A DNA stretch of 64,000 bases, from positions 45,176 to 109,175 of IMG/VR virus record IMGVR_UViG_3300021387_001585. One strand, given 5' to 3'. A model generated the notes under the pieces. The model was not told the DNA's origin and did not search any database. It saw only the letters and a program-made list of their open reading frames with translations. Positions 8,447 to 18,059 of the stretch are shown here, piece by piece. Position numbers and translations under genes: made by a program. Each line of letters begins with the position of its first letter. Positions within the stretch are counted from its first letter, which is position 1. This stretch comes from a virus (lineage: Duplodnaviria > Caudoviricetes).

Positions 8447-8935
8447 CTAATAGTGATAGTCTATGATAGCCCCGATGTATATGTGGTCGCCCTCCTTCAA
8501 CTGAGAGTTCGCCCACTCGAACAGCTCCCCAAAGGGATAAGCCACGCCGCCACACCAGTCCTCAATGGTGACACGATAGGAAATGTCAACATGTGTACGC
8601 TCCGTAACCTCACGGAGGCTGAACAACCGCAACTCCGTGAGGAGATTGTCTGCGGTCAGTTCGTTAGCCATCTCCTTGATGCGGTCGGCCCACTTCTGCT
8701 TGAACTCGTGAAGGGCTTCCTTGCCCTTATAGACGAGCACGCCGTCGCCGACGGCAGTGAACACGTCTTTCACGCTAACGGCAAACCAGCCGATGTAGTT
8801 TTCACGCTCTTCGCCCAGAACCTCGTCGCCGATGTAGTCGGCAAAGTCGCCGCTATTATCATAGAAGTCCGAAGGACTTGCGTAGTCCTCCTTGCTGATA
8901 GGCTGACTACTGATTTGATAAATCTTGCTGTGCAT
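8447..8935 (-). CDS. hypothetical protein
   Basis: 162-aa acidic ORF in the operon. Confidence 0.7.
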   Translation of the reverse strand: MHSKIYQISSQPISKEDYASPSDFYDNSGDFADYIGDEVLGEERENYIGWFAVSVKDVFTAVGDGVLVYKGKEALHEFKQKWADRIKEMANELTADNLLTELRLFSLREVTERTHVDISYRVTIEDWCGGVAYPFGELFEWANSQLKEGDHIYIGAIIDYHY

Positions 8936-9135
8936 AATTGTTGTGTTTTATTAGTTCATAATGTCACTCATAAGGTCGTACAGCGACCCCCAATCCGTAG
9001 GCATCTCGCCATTGATGGCGGCCTCGATGTTCCCATTATTTTCGTCCATAGTTATTGCCCGTCATGCCGATAGCGCAGCGTTAAATTCGTTGTTCTGAAA
9101 AACCTCTCCCTACGGGGGAGGGGTTGGGGAGAGGC

Positions 9136-10167
9136 TTACGCTGCCTTCATGTGGCGCTTGATGTTCTCGGGAATGTCGCCGCCTGCCATGATGGCCTGAA
9201 GAATCTCGGCTACGTCCTTGTCGGTGTGGCCCTTGCTCGCCCCTACCTCGGGCGCGGTGGTTGGGCTGCTCTTGGGAGCCTTCTTCGCCGCCCACTCAGC
9301 CTTCTTGGCCTCCCAGCGGGCCTTGCCGTCGGCCTGCGCCTGCTCATGTTCAGCCTGGCAGTCTGCTTCGGCCTTGGCAATAGCCTTGGCATCGCCACTG
9401 TTGTAAGCGTCGCAGAGCGCCTTGGCGCATTCCATATAGCGAGTGCCGAACAGCAACACGTACACCTTGTCGCCGTTCAGGTCGCGGCGATAGGAAGCTG
9501 CGCACCACTTGTGTCCCTTGTCCTTGTGCGACTTCCAGCGCGGGTCGTCCTCACCCGTGAAGCCGATAATCTGCGGAGCGGTGTCGCCACGCTTGGTCTT
9601 GTATGTGGAAAACTTCACCACAGAGGTAGCGGTAGCAGAGGGCACAGAGACTTCCACGCGCTCGGTCTCAGGCTTCTGCTTCTTCTTCAGCGTCACCTTC
9701 TTGGGCTCCTCCTTGATTTCCTCGGCGACGGCATCCTCGGCAGGTCGGGTAGAGAAGCCCGGCTTGCCGATAACGAGCGTACCGTGCTCGCCCAGCGGCA
9801 CCGTCACCGCCTTGTCCTCCTTCTTCTTCGGAGCCTCCAGTTGGTCGCAGATAGCCACCCTCTTCCCAGCCTTAATGAGCTTCGGCAGGTAGGTGTCGAG
9901 GGCATGATAGGGGAAGCCGGCCATCTCGTAGCCGTCAGCATGTTTCGTGAGCGTGATGCCCAGCACCTCTGCAGCGACCTTCGCATCCTCCTTGTAGGTC
10001 TCATAGAAGTCGCCGCAGCGGAACAGGAGCATAGCATCGGGATGCTTCTCCTTCAACTGCTTGAACTGCTTCATCATAGGGCTCTCGTGGTTAGAAACTT
10101 GTGCGTTCTGCACGTTAGCACTCTCGGTCTTGTTAGTGGCATTCTTGCCAATGTTTAACTTTGCCAT
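9136..10167 (-). CDS. MutS domain I (mismatch-binding) containing protein, no ATPase domain
   Basis: [30 protein letters not shown]...[30 protein letters not shown] matches MutS_I with the intact F-x-E (GDFYE) motif; the C-terminus is unrelated. Confidence 0.9.
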   Translation of the reverse strand: MAKLNIGKNATNKTESANVQNAQVSNHESPMMKQFKQLKEKHPDAMLLFRCGDFYETYKEDAKVAAEVLGITLTKHADGYEMAGFPYHALDTYLPKLIKAGKRVAICDQLEAPKKKEDKAVTVPLGEHGTLVIGKPGFSTRPAEDAVAEEIKEEPKKVTLKKKQKPETERVEVSVPSATATSVVKFSTYKTKRGDTAPQIIGFTGEDDPRWKSHKDKGHKWCAASYRRDLNGDKVYVLLFGTRYMECAKALCDAYNSGDAKAIAKAEADCQAEHEQAQADGKARWEAKKAEWAAKKAPKSSPTTAPEVGASKGHTDKDVAEILQAIMAGGDIPENIKRHMKAA

Positions 10168-10241
10168 AGCTTGTTTTTATTTTGAGTTTGTTTGATTTGT
10201 TTTGTAAAGCCCCTCCCTTGGGGAGGGGTTGGGGTGGGCTC

Positions 10242-11288
10242 TTAGATGCCCAGTCCGTAGCGGTCTGAGATATATTCCACAAAACTTTCGTTCTGCGGAA
10301 GGATGTTCGGCAGGTCCATAGAGGCTACCTTATAGAGCGCCGTAGCACTCTGATATACATCGTACAGCGCCACCTCCTGCTTGCGGCTGAACGTCAGCAG
10401 CAACGACTCCGTGAAGCGGCTTATCTGCGTCTGTGTCAGCGGATAGCAGTTGCCTTGTGCCATGCCGCGAATGTCGCGGTTGCTGCTGTCGAACGCCACA
10501 CGGGTAGCCGTCAACTCGCCGACCATCTGGAACAGGTCGTTTGGAGAGACGGGAATGCGCTTCATGCGCTCCAGCACCTCCATGTCGTCGGCAAAGCGAT
10601 AGCCCTGCACCATCTGGCGGACACGCTCAATGAACGTCTTCACATCCATCTGTGTGCGGTCGCCGTTGCCGTAACTGCTAACGAGGTGACTGGCACCGAG
10701 GATAGTCTGGTTGCGGCATGCCTTGCAGTTTGCACCGATAGCCACCTGCAAGCCACGCTGATTCGTGGCCACAACAATGTTTGCCATATGGGTGTCGGTA
10801 ACGTATCTTGTGAGCGAGATATTGCAGAACACGCGGTTGAACGTCACCGCTGCAAAGGGGATGTTCTTTGTTCCCGTTCGCTCCTGGTACTGCTCCGTCA
10901 GCTGCTTGTTGATAGCGATTCCGTTGCCCTGTGCGCGGTTCTTGTTGTCGGCCACGAACAGGTCTTCAATAGTACACTCTGCATGATACTGCTTTGCGAT
11001 TGCAGTAACCTTCATAATGAGCGAATAGGCATTGATGCCGTTGCTCAGATTTCCATCGCGGTCGGTCAGGTCGGCACTTGCCTGCAGCTGTGCCATAGTG
11101 ATGCCCTTCGTCTTGCTCTCGTCAAGCGGGGCAAAGTACACTGTATTGTCGCTGATAGGCGCGATTCTTTTGTTCTCGTCTACGAGGCTCAGCAGAATGT
11201 CCTCGTTCGTAATCTCTTGAATGACGGGTGCTGCAACCACCCCCTTGTTAATAGAAAATGCCATAGCTTTAATGATTTTGAGTTTCAA
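10242..11288 (-). CDS. DUF932-like phage/plasmid protein
   Basis: IVVATNQRGLQVAIGANCKACRNQTI resembles the DUF932 C-x-N region; size and context fit. Confidence 0.5.
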   Translation of the reverse strand: MKLKIIKAMAFSINKGVVAAPVIQEITNEDILLSLVDENKRIAPISDNTVYFAPLDESKTKGITMAQLQASADLTDRDGNLSNGINAYSLIMKVTAIAKQYHAECTIEDLFVADNKNRAQGNGIAINKQLTEQYQERTGTKNIPFAAVTFNRVFCNISLTRYVTDTHMANIVVATNQRGLQVAIGANCKACRNQTILGASHLVSSYGNGDRTQMDVKTFIERVRQMVQGYRFADDMEVLERMKRIPVSPNDLFQMVGELTATRVAFDSSNRDIRGMAQGNCYPLTQTQISRFTESLLLTFSRKQEVALYDVYQSATALYKVASMDLPNILPQNESFVEYISDRYGLGI

Positions 11289-11312
11289 GTTTCAAGTTTT
11301 AAGTTTCGAGTT

Positions 11313-11792
11313 TCAAGCCGCCAATTCGATTTCACCCCACCATCCGTTCACGCTGCGCAGGTCGTCCTCATAGAGTTTGTCGAGGCAGCGATAGAACAGC
11401 TCAGCCACCGCACGATGGGCGGCATCGTTCTCAATCTGATAGAGCACGCAGTTGAAAAATTTGAACATCGAGCGGCGGAATGTCGACTTGTCCATCACCT
11501 CTTTCGTTTTCGAGAAGATGATGCCGTTCGAGGACGTATAGCCCTCGGTGCGGATGAGTGCGCCCATCTTGCGATAGGCTTCAAACACATCGTCGTAGTT
11601 CTCCTCATCGGGCATCACTTCGTCGTCGTACCGTTCGCACACGCTCGCCACGTTTAGCGCATAGGCATGCTCGAACTGCTGGCGCACGTTGTCGATAAAC
11701 CACTTGTGCGGGTCACGCTTGGCTTCCTCGAAGCCACACATCAGGCCAGCGGCCTTGATGTACTCCTTTTTGTCAATTACAAAACTGCTCAT
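11313..11792 (-). CDS. hypothetical protein
   Basis: 159-aa ORF in a tightly packed minus-strand operon. Confidence 0.7.
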   Translation of the reverse strand: MSSFVIDKKEYIKAAGLMCGFEEAKRDPHKWFIDNVRQQFEHAYALNVASVCERYDDEVMPDEENYDDVFEAYRKMGALIRTEGYTSSNGIIFSKTKEVMDKSTFRRSMFKFFNCVLYQIENDAAHRAVAELFYRCLDKLYEDDLRSVNGWWGEIELAA

Positions 11793-11797
11793 AGCCG

Positions 11798-12166
11798 TTA
11801 TTGTTTTTCATTAATTAAGTTCATTATCTCAATCATCGCCTCGGCCATCTCGTCGCCATACTTCCGGCGCATTTCAATCTCTCCGGACGACACATAGAGC
11901 CGCCCCACCACATAGTCGGCATAGGGCGACAGGATATTCTGCTCACCACGCAGCCACTCGGCCACCTCGCGGTTAGCATCATCACGTTTTCGGCCCTCCT
12001 TCAGCAGGGCCACCAGTCGCGGACGGGTCTCGCCAAGTATCCGCAGAGCCTCCTTATGAGGCAACATCACGTTTGCTACTTCCATAGTCGTTTTCTTTTG
12101 AGGGTTACTTTTCCACCATCCACACGTCACGGATGACTGCTCATAATTACGTTGTTTAGATTTCAC
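11798..12166 (-). CDS. hypothetical protein (start may be at the internal MEVANV)
   Basis: ORF in operon. Confidence 0.6.
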   Translation of the reverse strand: MKSKQRNYEQSSVTCGWWKSNPQKKTTMEVANVMLPHKEALRILGETRPRLVALLKEGRKRDDANREVAEWLRGEQNILSPYADYVVGRLYVSSGEIEMRRKYGDEMAEAMIEIMNLINEKQ

Positions 12167-12488
12167 ACAAATTCCTCACCATTTCCTTCAGCTCTTGCTC
12201 CGTCTCCACACCAAGACGGCGATACTCGCGGTTGAGTTCTGCCGTGGTAATGTACTTTGGCATAGCGTAATACTCCGCTGGGTACTCCACGCGGATAGCC
12301 TTCGCCTCGTCTTCCACGTAGTCGTAGTCACCAGTGTCCTCGGCCTCGTAGAGGTCCATAGACACGTTCATCTTGTATGCGCGGCCGCTCATCGTCACCA
12401 CGCTTGCCTCGGCCTTGAAGCCGAGTTCCTTTGCCGCCTTGTTGATGAAAGCGGCAAAGGTCTTCGATACTTTCACTTTCATAGTCAT
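12156..12488 (-). CDS. hypothetical protein
   Basis: 110-aa ORF overlapping its neighbour by 4 bp. Confidence 0.7.
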   Translation of the reverse strand: MTMKVKVSKTFAAFINKAAKELGFKAEASVVTMSGRAYKMNVSMDLYEAEDTGDYDYVEDEAKAIRVEYPAEYYAMPKYITTAELNREYRRLGVETEQELKEMVRNLCEI

Positions 12489-12802
12489 GCTGCTTCTAAG
12501 TCCTTCATCATTCCCGATGCCACCACATCCTCACAGTGATAGCCGTCGGGCGTTGCTATAATCTCGTAGTGCGCATCGTCGCGGCAGAGCGTAGCGAACA
12601 GCGTAGTCCACCCTCGCTCGATAGCCTGCTTGCGCCACCCCTTCAGGTAGTTTAGGGCCGTCTCCTTGCGCTTCACCGATACGCGGTTGAAGTCGTGCCC
12701 GTACTCCTGGGGGTTGTGCCCCTCGTTAATCTCACGTCGTGCCGCCTCGATATAGGTCGGCGCACCATACCAATGCTGAATGATAAATGTCTGCTTTGCC
12801 AT
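12485..12802 (-). CDS. hypothetical protein
   Basis: 105-aa ORF in operon. Confidence 0.7.
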   Translation of the reverse strand: MAKQTFIIQHWYGAPTYIEAARREINEGHNPQEYGHDFNRVSVKRKETALNYLKGWRKQAIERGWTTLFATLCRDDAHYEIIATPDGYHCEDVVASGMMKDLEAA

Positions 12803-12828
12803 AATTCAATTCGTTTTTAGTCCACACT

Positions 12829-13116
12829 TCATGCCGCCATAGCCATCTGCACGGGCAGGGCCATATTCAGAAGCGGCACATTTACTTCGGGAAGGAAAGG
12901 CATCTGAAGCCACACAACCGTATAGCCCCAATCCTCGTCTATAGGCGAGAACGTCCCAAAGAACGCCTCGCAAATCATTCTAACGTCAGACATTACAGGC
13001 ACGTTGACCTTGTCGATAGCCAACTGGTCTTCATCCGACCAGTCGCAAAAATTAGCACCATGTGCCTCGGCACACCGCTGCATAGCCTGTTTGAGGTTTT
13101 CCAAATTTGCTTCCAT
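12829..13116 (-). CDS. hypothetical protein
   Basis: Start reassigned to MEANLENL at 13116, just after the stop of the upstream ORF. Confidence 0.65.
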   Translation of the reverse strand: MEANLENLKQAMQRCAEAHGANFCDWSDEDQLAIDKVNVPVMSDVRMICEAFFGTFSPIDEDWGYTVVWLQMPFLPEVNVPLLNMALPVQMAMAA

Positions 13117-13120
13117 AATT

Positions 13121-13450
13121 CTAAGCTGCTTTAGGTAGTCCTTGTTCTTCTCGTTCATCGTAGGGGATATAGAGCAGGTCGGCCTTGATGAGTGCGTCGA
13201 TAGCCACACGGGCACACTTGCAGGCCCATTCATCACGCGGATCGTACCAGCCCTTACGCTGATACATGGCCAGCACCTTCAGGTACTCGATGGCCAGCTC
13301 TCCACGCTGCCCCACCAGATAGCGGTGGTCGCGAGCCATAGCCCGCGCCACGTCGCGCTTGTGATAGAGACCACCGTTGATAAAATCGCTCTCCGTCTTC
13401 ACGAACTGCTGTTCGCTCTCTGTCAGGTTCAGTTCTCCGTCGTACATCAT
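13121..13450 (-). CDS. hypothetical protein
   Basis: 109-aa ORF in operon. Confidence 0.7.
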   Translation of the reverse strand: MMYDGELNLTESEQQFVKTESDFINGGLYHKRDVARAMARDHRYLVGQRGELAIEYLKVLAMYQRKGWYDPRDEWACKCARVAIDALIKADLLYIPYDEREEQGLPKAA

Positions 13451-13453
13451 AGC

Positions 13454-13750
13454 TCAGTCCTCCAATTTAATCAGAAGAATGACGGTCAGACCGCCATTGC
13501 GGTTGTCTTTAGAGTCGGTAGGTACGATTGTGTACGGTCCACCGACATAGTGGTCCTTTAGCTTCTCCAAGTCAACGGACAACACGCAGTCTGTCCATAC
13601 GGCCACATACTCGCCTGGCTCCGCGAGCCATAATGGCGGATTGCCAAAGTACCCCTCATAGTCAAACTCGTTGTCGATAGTCACGGTTTGCATTGACTCA
13701 GTGTCAATAGAATTGTCTACCAACCACTTCAAAAAATCTTTTGCTTTCAT
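13454..13750 (-). CDS. hypothetical protein
   Basis: 98-aa ORF in operon. Confidence 0.65.
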   Translation of the reverse strand: MKAKDFLKWLVDNSIDTESMQTVTIDNEFDYEGYFGNPPLWLAEPGEYVAVWTDCVLSVDLEKLKDHYVGGPYTIVPTDSKDNRNGGLTVILLIKLED

Positions 13751-13766
13751 AGTCGTGTCCTCCTGA

Positions 13767-13955
13767 TTATGCGAGCATCCCGTCGAACGGGTTCCACGTA
13801 TAGTTAATAACTGTCCCGTCCATGGGAATGTAGTCCTCGCCGAACTCTTTTTTAAGGTCGGCGATAGCAGTCTGTGCTGCCAGTGCAGCCATACTTACCA
13901 CGACAGCTTTCTTGGCGCTTTTCTTGGCTGCGCCTGCCATTTTCTTTGCCTTCAT
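13767..13955 (-). CDS. small hypothetical protein
   Basis: 62-aa ORF with a K/A-rich N-terminus. Confidence 0.55.
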   Translation of the reverse strand: MKAKKMAGAAKKSAKKAVVVSMAALAAQTAIADLKKEFGEDYIPMDGTVINYTWNPFDGMLA

Positions 13956-13988
13956 AACTTTTTGTGATTTTGAGTTTGTAATTTTGAG

Positions 13989-14216
13989 TTAGCGTGTACC
14001 GAATCGCTTTAGTCCGAGAATGAGGAATGCCTCGACGGCAAGGCCCACTGTAAGCCCAATAGGAGCGAGAGCCAGCGCCAAAAACGTGCCAGCGATACCA
14101 AACACGTCGGCCAGATAGTTCAACGTACACATGCAAGACATGAAACTTACCATGCCTACGACGAACACGATGACGATAAACGATGCCCACGATAGGGCGT
14201 TCTTAATCTTTTTCAT
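13989..14216 (-). CDS. small membrane protein (2 TM)
   Basis: Two hydrophobic stretches and basic termini. Confidence 0.6.
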   Translation of the reverse strand: MKKIKNALSWASFIVIVFVVGMVSFMSCMCTLNYLADVFGIAGTFLALALAPIGLTVGLAVEAFLILGLKRFGTR

Positions 14217-14416
14217 GCTGCTTTTTTGTTTACGGGGTTAATAGACTCTGTGTTCTCTGCTTTCTCTGTGTGCTCCGTGCGAGCGTCAGCGAGATGGAAA
14301 CACCACCACGCTGCGCCCATCAACACGAGCGCATAGATACCCTGAATAGGGTTCTGCTCCACGCCTGATGCCAGGCAGAAGGCGAGAGCTGCAATAAATC
14401 CTCCGATTGTTTTCAT
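14213..14416 (-). CDS. small membrane protein
   Basis: Hydrophobic N-half; overlaps the next ORF by 4 bp. Confidence 0.55.
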   Translation of the reverse strand: MKTIGGFIAALAFCLASGVEQNPIQGIYALVLMGAAWWCFHLADARTEHTEKAENTESINPVNKKAA

Positions 14417-14440
14417 TCGTTTGTCCTCCGATGATTATAG

Positions 14441-14629
14441 TTAAACTTCCTCGATTAGTTCGTATCCATGATTGAAACACCACTGCAACGCACGCTCAAA
14501 GCTGCGTGCCTTCAGCGTCTCGATAGGTGCCCAAAGCCCCTTGCTCGTGTCGACAACACGAAATCTCTTCATAGGCTGCACGTTCACAGGCTGCACGATA
14601 GTAGCCTTCAGTTTTATACAATTCTCCAT
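14441..14629 (-). CDS. small hypothetical protein
   Basis: 62-aa ORF with GACTATG start. Confidence 0.6.
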   Translation of the reverse strand: MENCIKLKATIVQPVNVQPMKRFRVVDTSKGLWAPIETLKARSFERALQWCFNHGYELIEEV

Positions 14630-14656
14630 AGTCCTGTCCTCCAGATTTTTCTTAGC

Positions 14657-14724
14657 AGGAGAGCACGGTCTCGAACCGCATAGACACCCGTCTGGGTATC
14701 CATAGTCCAGCTATATGCTCTCCT
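14657..14724 (-). ncRNA. tRNA-like element (acceptor stem + T-arm)
   Basis: Minus: AGGAGAGCA...gcgGTTCGAGAccgTGCTCTCCT; no canonical D/anticodon arm, no CCA. Confidence 0.5.
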
Positions 14725-15460
14725 TATCCGTCACGCTGATAGTTCATACTCGATGTTACGGCTGACAATGTCGTGGGGAAGATAGTGGCAATCGTGCAGG
14801 GGCACAATCATGAGCCCCCGCACGATGTACGCGGTAGGCTGCTTACTTCTTCACAGTAGCCTTCACGCAGATAGCCTGACCCTCCAGTTCCTCGTCCGCG
14901 AACGTGTCACGGATAGGAGCATCGGGCACAATCTTTGCTGTCAACATAGTCTTGCCGATGTTAGCGTTAAACAGATAGTATCATTCGTATCCTGACGACA
15001 TAGGGCGCAGCCCGCCACCTACTGCATTATTCGCGATAGTTCCCTACGTTCGCCACATTGAGAGTAGTTCGCACTGCGGATAGCCCAGCCACCCAGCTAT
15101 ATTGTCGCTGCCACACTCTTGATAGTGCTTTGTTTCCTTACAGTACGCGATAGTTCTGTTCAATCCAAATGACGCCACCGCCAGAGGCATACGTGCATAC
15201 GGCGATTATGTCCTGTCACGCATAGGATCTCTCTTGCCGACGCCATCCACCACTCGCACTCATGTCCTCACGGATAGAGCCTTTGTGGAGTTTACTGTCA
15301 TAGTCTGTCTATCCCATAGCATCTCCAGTCTGCACACTTGCATTCTGAAACCAAATTATTCTCAATAGCTGACCAAGGTATTACTTTTGCACAGCAGAAA
15401 TAGTAGGGTGCATTCTCGTCCCTTGGCCTGTCTATCTCCACGAATAATAAAACTCACTGT

Positions 15461-15549
15461 GCCCACAATGGGAGTCGAACCCAAAGGGTGATGCAGCCCG
15501 CCACCTACTGCGTTATTCGCGATAGTTCACCCTGCCACGTTATTGGGGC
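15461..15549 (-). ncRNA. tRNA-like element with inserted structured motif
   Basis: Minus: gccccaat...tgGGTTCGACTCCCattgtgggc. Confidence 0.45.
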
Positions 15550-15559
15550 TACCTTTGCG

Positions 15560-15847
15560 TCAAATTCCCATGTGCTTATAGCACACGGTTATATGACTGT
15601 TTGAGAAACGCTTTGTCCTCATAGACGGACGAACTCCATGCCCGATAGCGGTGCTCGGCTTTTTAGGCCCACGCTTGGTCTTGCAGTCACGCACGACCTT
15701 ATAGCGCTTGGTCTCCATGATACGGAAGTACGCCTCACGCGATGCTTTCTCGCGATGATAGGTGCGCAACATCTCCCGCATAGCTTCTGCTTGCTTAGCA
15801 CTCTCAATAACAGCACACTGACGCTCGTAATAGATATTCTTTTCCAT
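15560..15847 (-). CDS. basic hypothetical protein
   Basis: 95-aa ORF. Confidence 0.55.
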   Translation of the reverse strand: MEKNIYYERQCAVIESAKQAEAMREMLRTYHREKASREAYFRIMETKRYKVVRDCKTKRGPKKPSTAIGHGVRPSMRTKRFSNSHITVCYKHMGI

Positions 15848-15910
15848 TTTGTTTGCTTGTGTTTAGTTGATTGTCTTTCTTTCTCGCATAGAGTGTTCTC
15901 CCCCGATAGT

Positions 15911-15974
15911 CCCCAAGGTGGGTGTCGAACCCACCTGGTGCGTGTTTACACCTTTCCCGGAATTTCACTTGGGG
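15911..15974 (-). ncRNA. tRNA-like element (acceptor stem + T-arm)
   Basis: Minus: CCCCAAG...gtggGTTCGACAcccacCTTGGGG. Confidence 0.5.
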
Positions 15975-15985
15975 CGCCCGATAGA

Positions 15986-16633
15986 CTACTCGTTCACGTC
16001 GTCGATGCGAACTGCAACCTTTACGAGCTTTCCGTCACGATTCTGAACGATGTAGAGACCTTGCTTCTTCAGCTCCTCGAATGCCTCCTTAGACTTCTTG
16101 GCGCGTTCCTGCTGGTCGGCAATAGAACGGCTCTGTTCGAGTATCTTCACCAATAGGCGAGGACCCCACCCGAACTCGTTCACCATGACCTTGCGATAGA
16201 GCTTGACCGTCTGTGCGCTCTCGCCCTTCACTTTCTTGTCGGCCTCCTCGCTCGTATAGAGCGATTCGTCCTTAACACCCGTAGCATCGTTACCGACAGT
16301 CACCTTGACAACGCGGTCTACATAGACATAGTTGCCTACGACCTTGCCGTCAGTTCCGATAATCTTCAGGTCGGCATCGGTAGCATCGTTGTACATCTTG
16401 GGCGTATAGCCCAGGCATGCGCCCTTAGATGTCACCTTGGGCTCCAGTCCTAACTTGGATAGCTGCTCACGCTTGGTCACGTCATAGACCGTGACCTTGC
16501 CGTCCTTGTCCTTCGACTGCAGCTGATAGCCACATTCGTGCGATAAGGCTTTCAGTTGTGCTGCCTTAGTGCATGAACTGTTTACAACTGCATTGTTCAG
16601 TCTCTTCTCGTTTGCTTTTTCTTGCTTAGTCAT
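15986..16633 (-). CDS. Lys-rich hypothetical protein, first gene of the left-arm operon
   Basis: 215-aa ORF. Confidence 0.75.
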   Translation of the reverse strand: MTKQEKANEKRLNNAVVNSSCTKAAQLKALSHECGYQLQSKDKDGKVTVYDVTKREQLSKLGLEPKVTSKGACLGYTPKMYNDATDADLKIIGTDGKVVGNYVYVDRVVKVTVGNDATGVKDESLYTSEEADKKVKGESAQTVKLYRKVMVNEFGWGPRLLVKILEQSRSIADQQERAKKSKEAFEELKKQGLYIVQNRDGKLVKVAVRIDDVNE

Positions 16634-16674
16634 AATTGTAAATTTTTAAGTTATGTTCTGCAATATTGCATTGT

Positions 16675-16757
16675 GGAGGAGTAGGGATTCGAACCCTATA
16701 ATACACCCGTCCACACTTCATCGAGATAGATAGACAGACTCCTTGCATCGCTACTCC
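16675..16757 (-). ncRNA. tRNA-like element (T-arm)
   Basis: Minus: ...taggGTTCGAATcccta-ctcctcc; can pair with upstream aggagt or ggagtag. Confidence 0.45.
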
Positions 16758-17021
16758 CGTTTTAGGGTTGGTGCCAACTATTGCAGTAGCGAATCCGCAG
16801 GCACAAGCGTCCTTTCATACCTTGCCAGTCGGGTATGGGCATTTTTCATAGCGCAAACACAATATGGGCTTTTGCGAGTTTCCTTGCGTACGTTTGCGAG
16901 CTTCTGAAAGTTTCCGCAAACTTTGCGCTAAATGTACCTAAACATTTCAAAGGTCGATGTTTCCGTTTCCGTTCTTGTTTCCGTTTCCGTTTGTCAGTCC
17001 GTTGTTTCGTTCTGACGTTTG

Positions 17022-17053
17022 CAAAGATACTACTTTTTTTGTTTTTCTCCAAA
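17022..17053 (-). promoter_or_regulatory. Bacteroidetes housekeeping promoter driving the left arm
   Basis: Minus: TTTG-N20-TATCTTTG (consensus TTTG-N19-21-TAnnTTTG). Confidence 0.75.
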
Positions 17054-17450
17054 CTTTTTTCAAACTTTTTTCGTTTTTCCTCAAACTTTTTTATTTTCAC
17101 TTGAAATTTCTAAATAATGTTCGCGTATGTGCGTACCTTATTCAAAATCGAATGTGCTGCCTTTCTTTTGCCGTTCTTTTCTCGTACCTTTGTACTCGCA
17201 TATTTGCAGAAACGCCAGAAACGCCCGCACCCACCCCACGATCCAGCGAGGCGCGGGGTCTTTTTCGCATAATGAAATCAAAAAAAAAGGAATTGGGTTG
17301 TTGAATGATGTTTAATATGACGAACAACCATATAAAACAACGGCAGGATTTCCGCTTTGGAAACCCTGCCACAATCAAACAAAAAGGATATAAATTAAAG
17401 GTATTTTATACTTTTTATGAAATATAATCGAACAAAAAGAACATTCTTAT

Positions 17451-17960
17451 TTATTCACACTCGGGCACTACTTCGTAAGAAGAAAGTACGCCCGCGACGG
17501 ATAATAGCTCAGCGTTGATGCGGTCAACGTCTGCCTGCGATACATTCCCATATACAGGAGAAGACTTGACAGAAAGCACCATGTCGCGCTTCCCCTTATT
17601 CCATCCTAACACTCTCTGGGCAAAATCTTTCATATTGAAATAGTTAGCTATCTTGTCAATAGCCACCATCGTACCTGGATCATAGGTGATACCGCGCTGA
17701 TTGGTAAACGTCCTGTCGCTTCCAAAAGTAATCACACCATCACGCAACTCATTGGCTATCTGATGAATAGCCAAGTTCAGTTTTTCAATATTCGCCTTAG
17801 AGAACTTCAGCGGTTTGCCGTGGCGGTTCAGCGCATGACGGAAGCTACCGCCCACGATGCTCTCGCTCACCCCCATCATTCTCGCTATCGACACTGTGGT
17901 AATGTTGTGTTCCTGCAAATACTTATACAGAAAGTCTTGCGATACTTTGATTTTTTCCAT
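17451..17960 (-). CDS. putative HTH transcriptional regulator
   Basis: Start MEKIKVSQ lies just after a TTTG-N20-TATCTTTG promoter (17994-18025); ITTVSIARMMGVSESIV looks like an HTH. Confidence 0.55.
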   Translation of the reverse strand: MEKIKVSQDFLYKYLQEHNITTVSIARMMGVSESIVGGSFRHALNRHGKPLKFSKANIEKLNLAIHQIANELRDGVITFGSDRTFTNQRGITYDPGTMVAIDKIANYFNMKDFAQRVLGWNKGKRDMVLSVKSSPVYGNVSQADVDRINAELLSVAGVLSSYEVVPECE

Positions 17961-18059
17961 ATCGTTGTAGCATTTAATATTACTTTTCGGCTGCAAAGAT
18001 AATTGTTTTTCTGCAAACCTCCAAATCTTTCCGCAACTTTTTTCAAAAATTGTTTTGTG

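Noticed and set aside
9136-10167. mutS gene call
   Set aside because: Only domain I is present, with no ATPase domain, so the gene symbol is not assigned.
14657-16757. Bona fide tRNA genes
   Set aside because: Only T-arm and acceptor-like stems are present; no canonical D-arm, anticodon arm or CCA.
16835-17378. Short ORFs in the AT-rich promoter region
   Set aside because: Low-complexity translations overlapping promoter elements.
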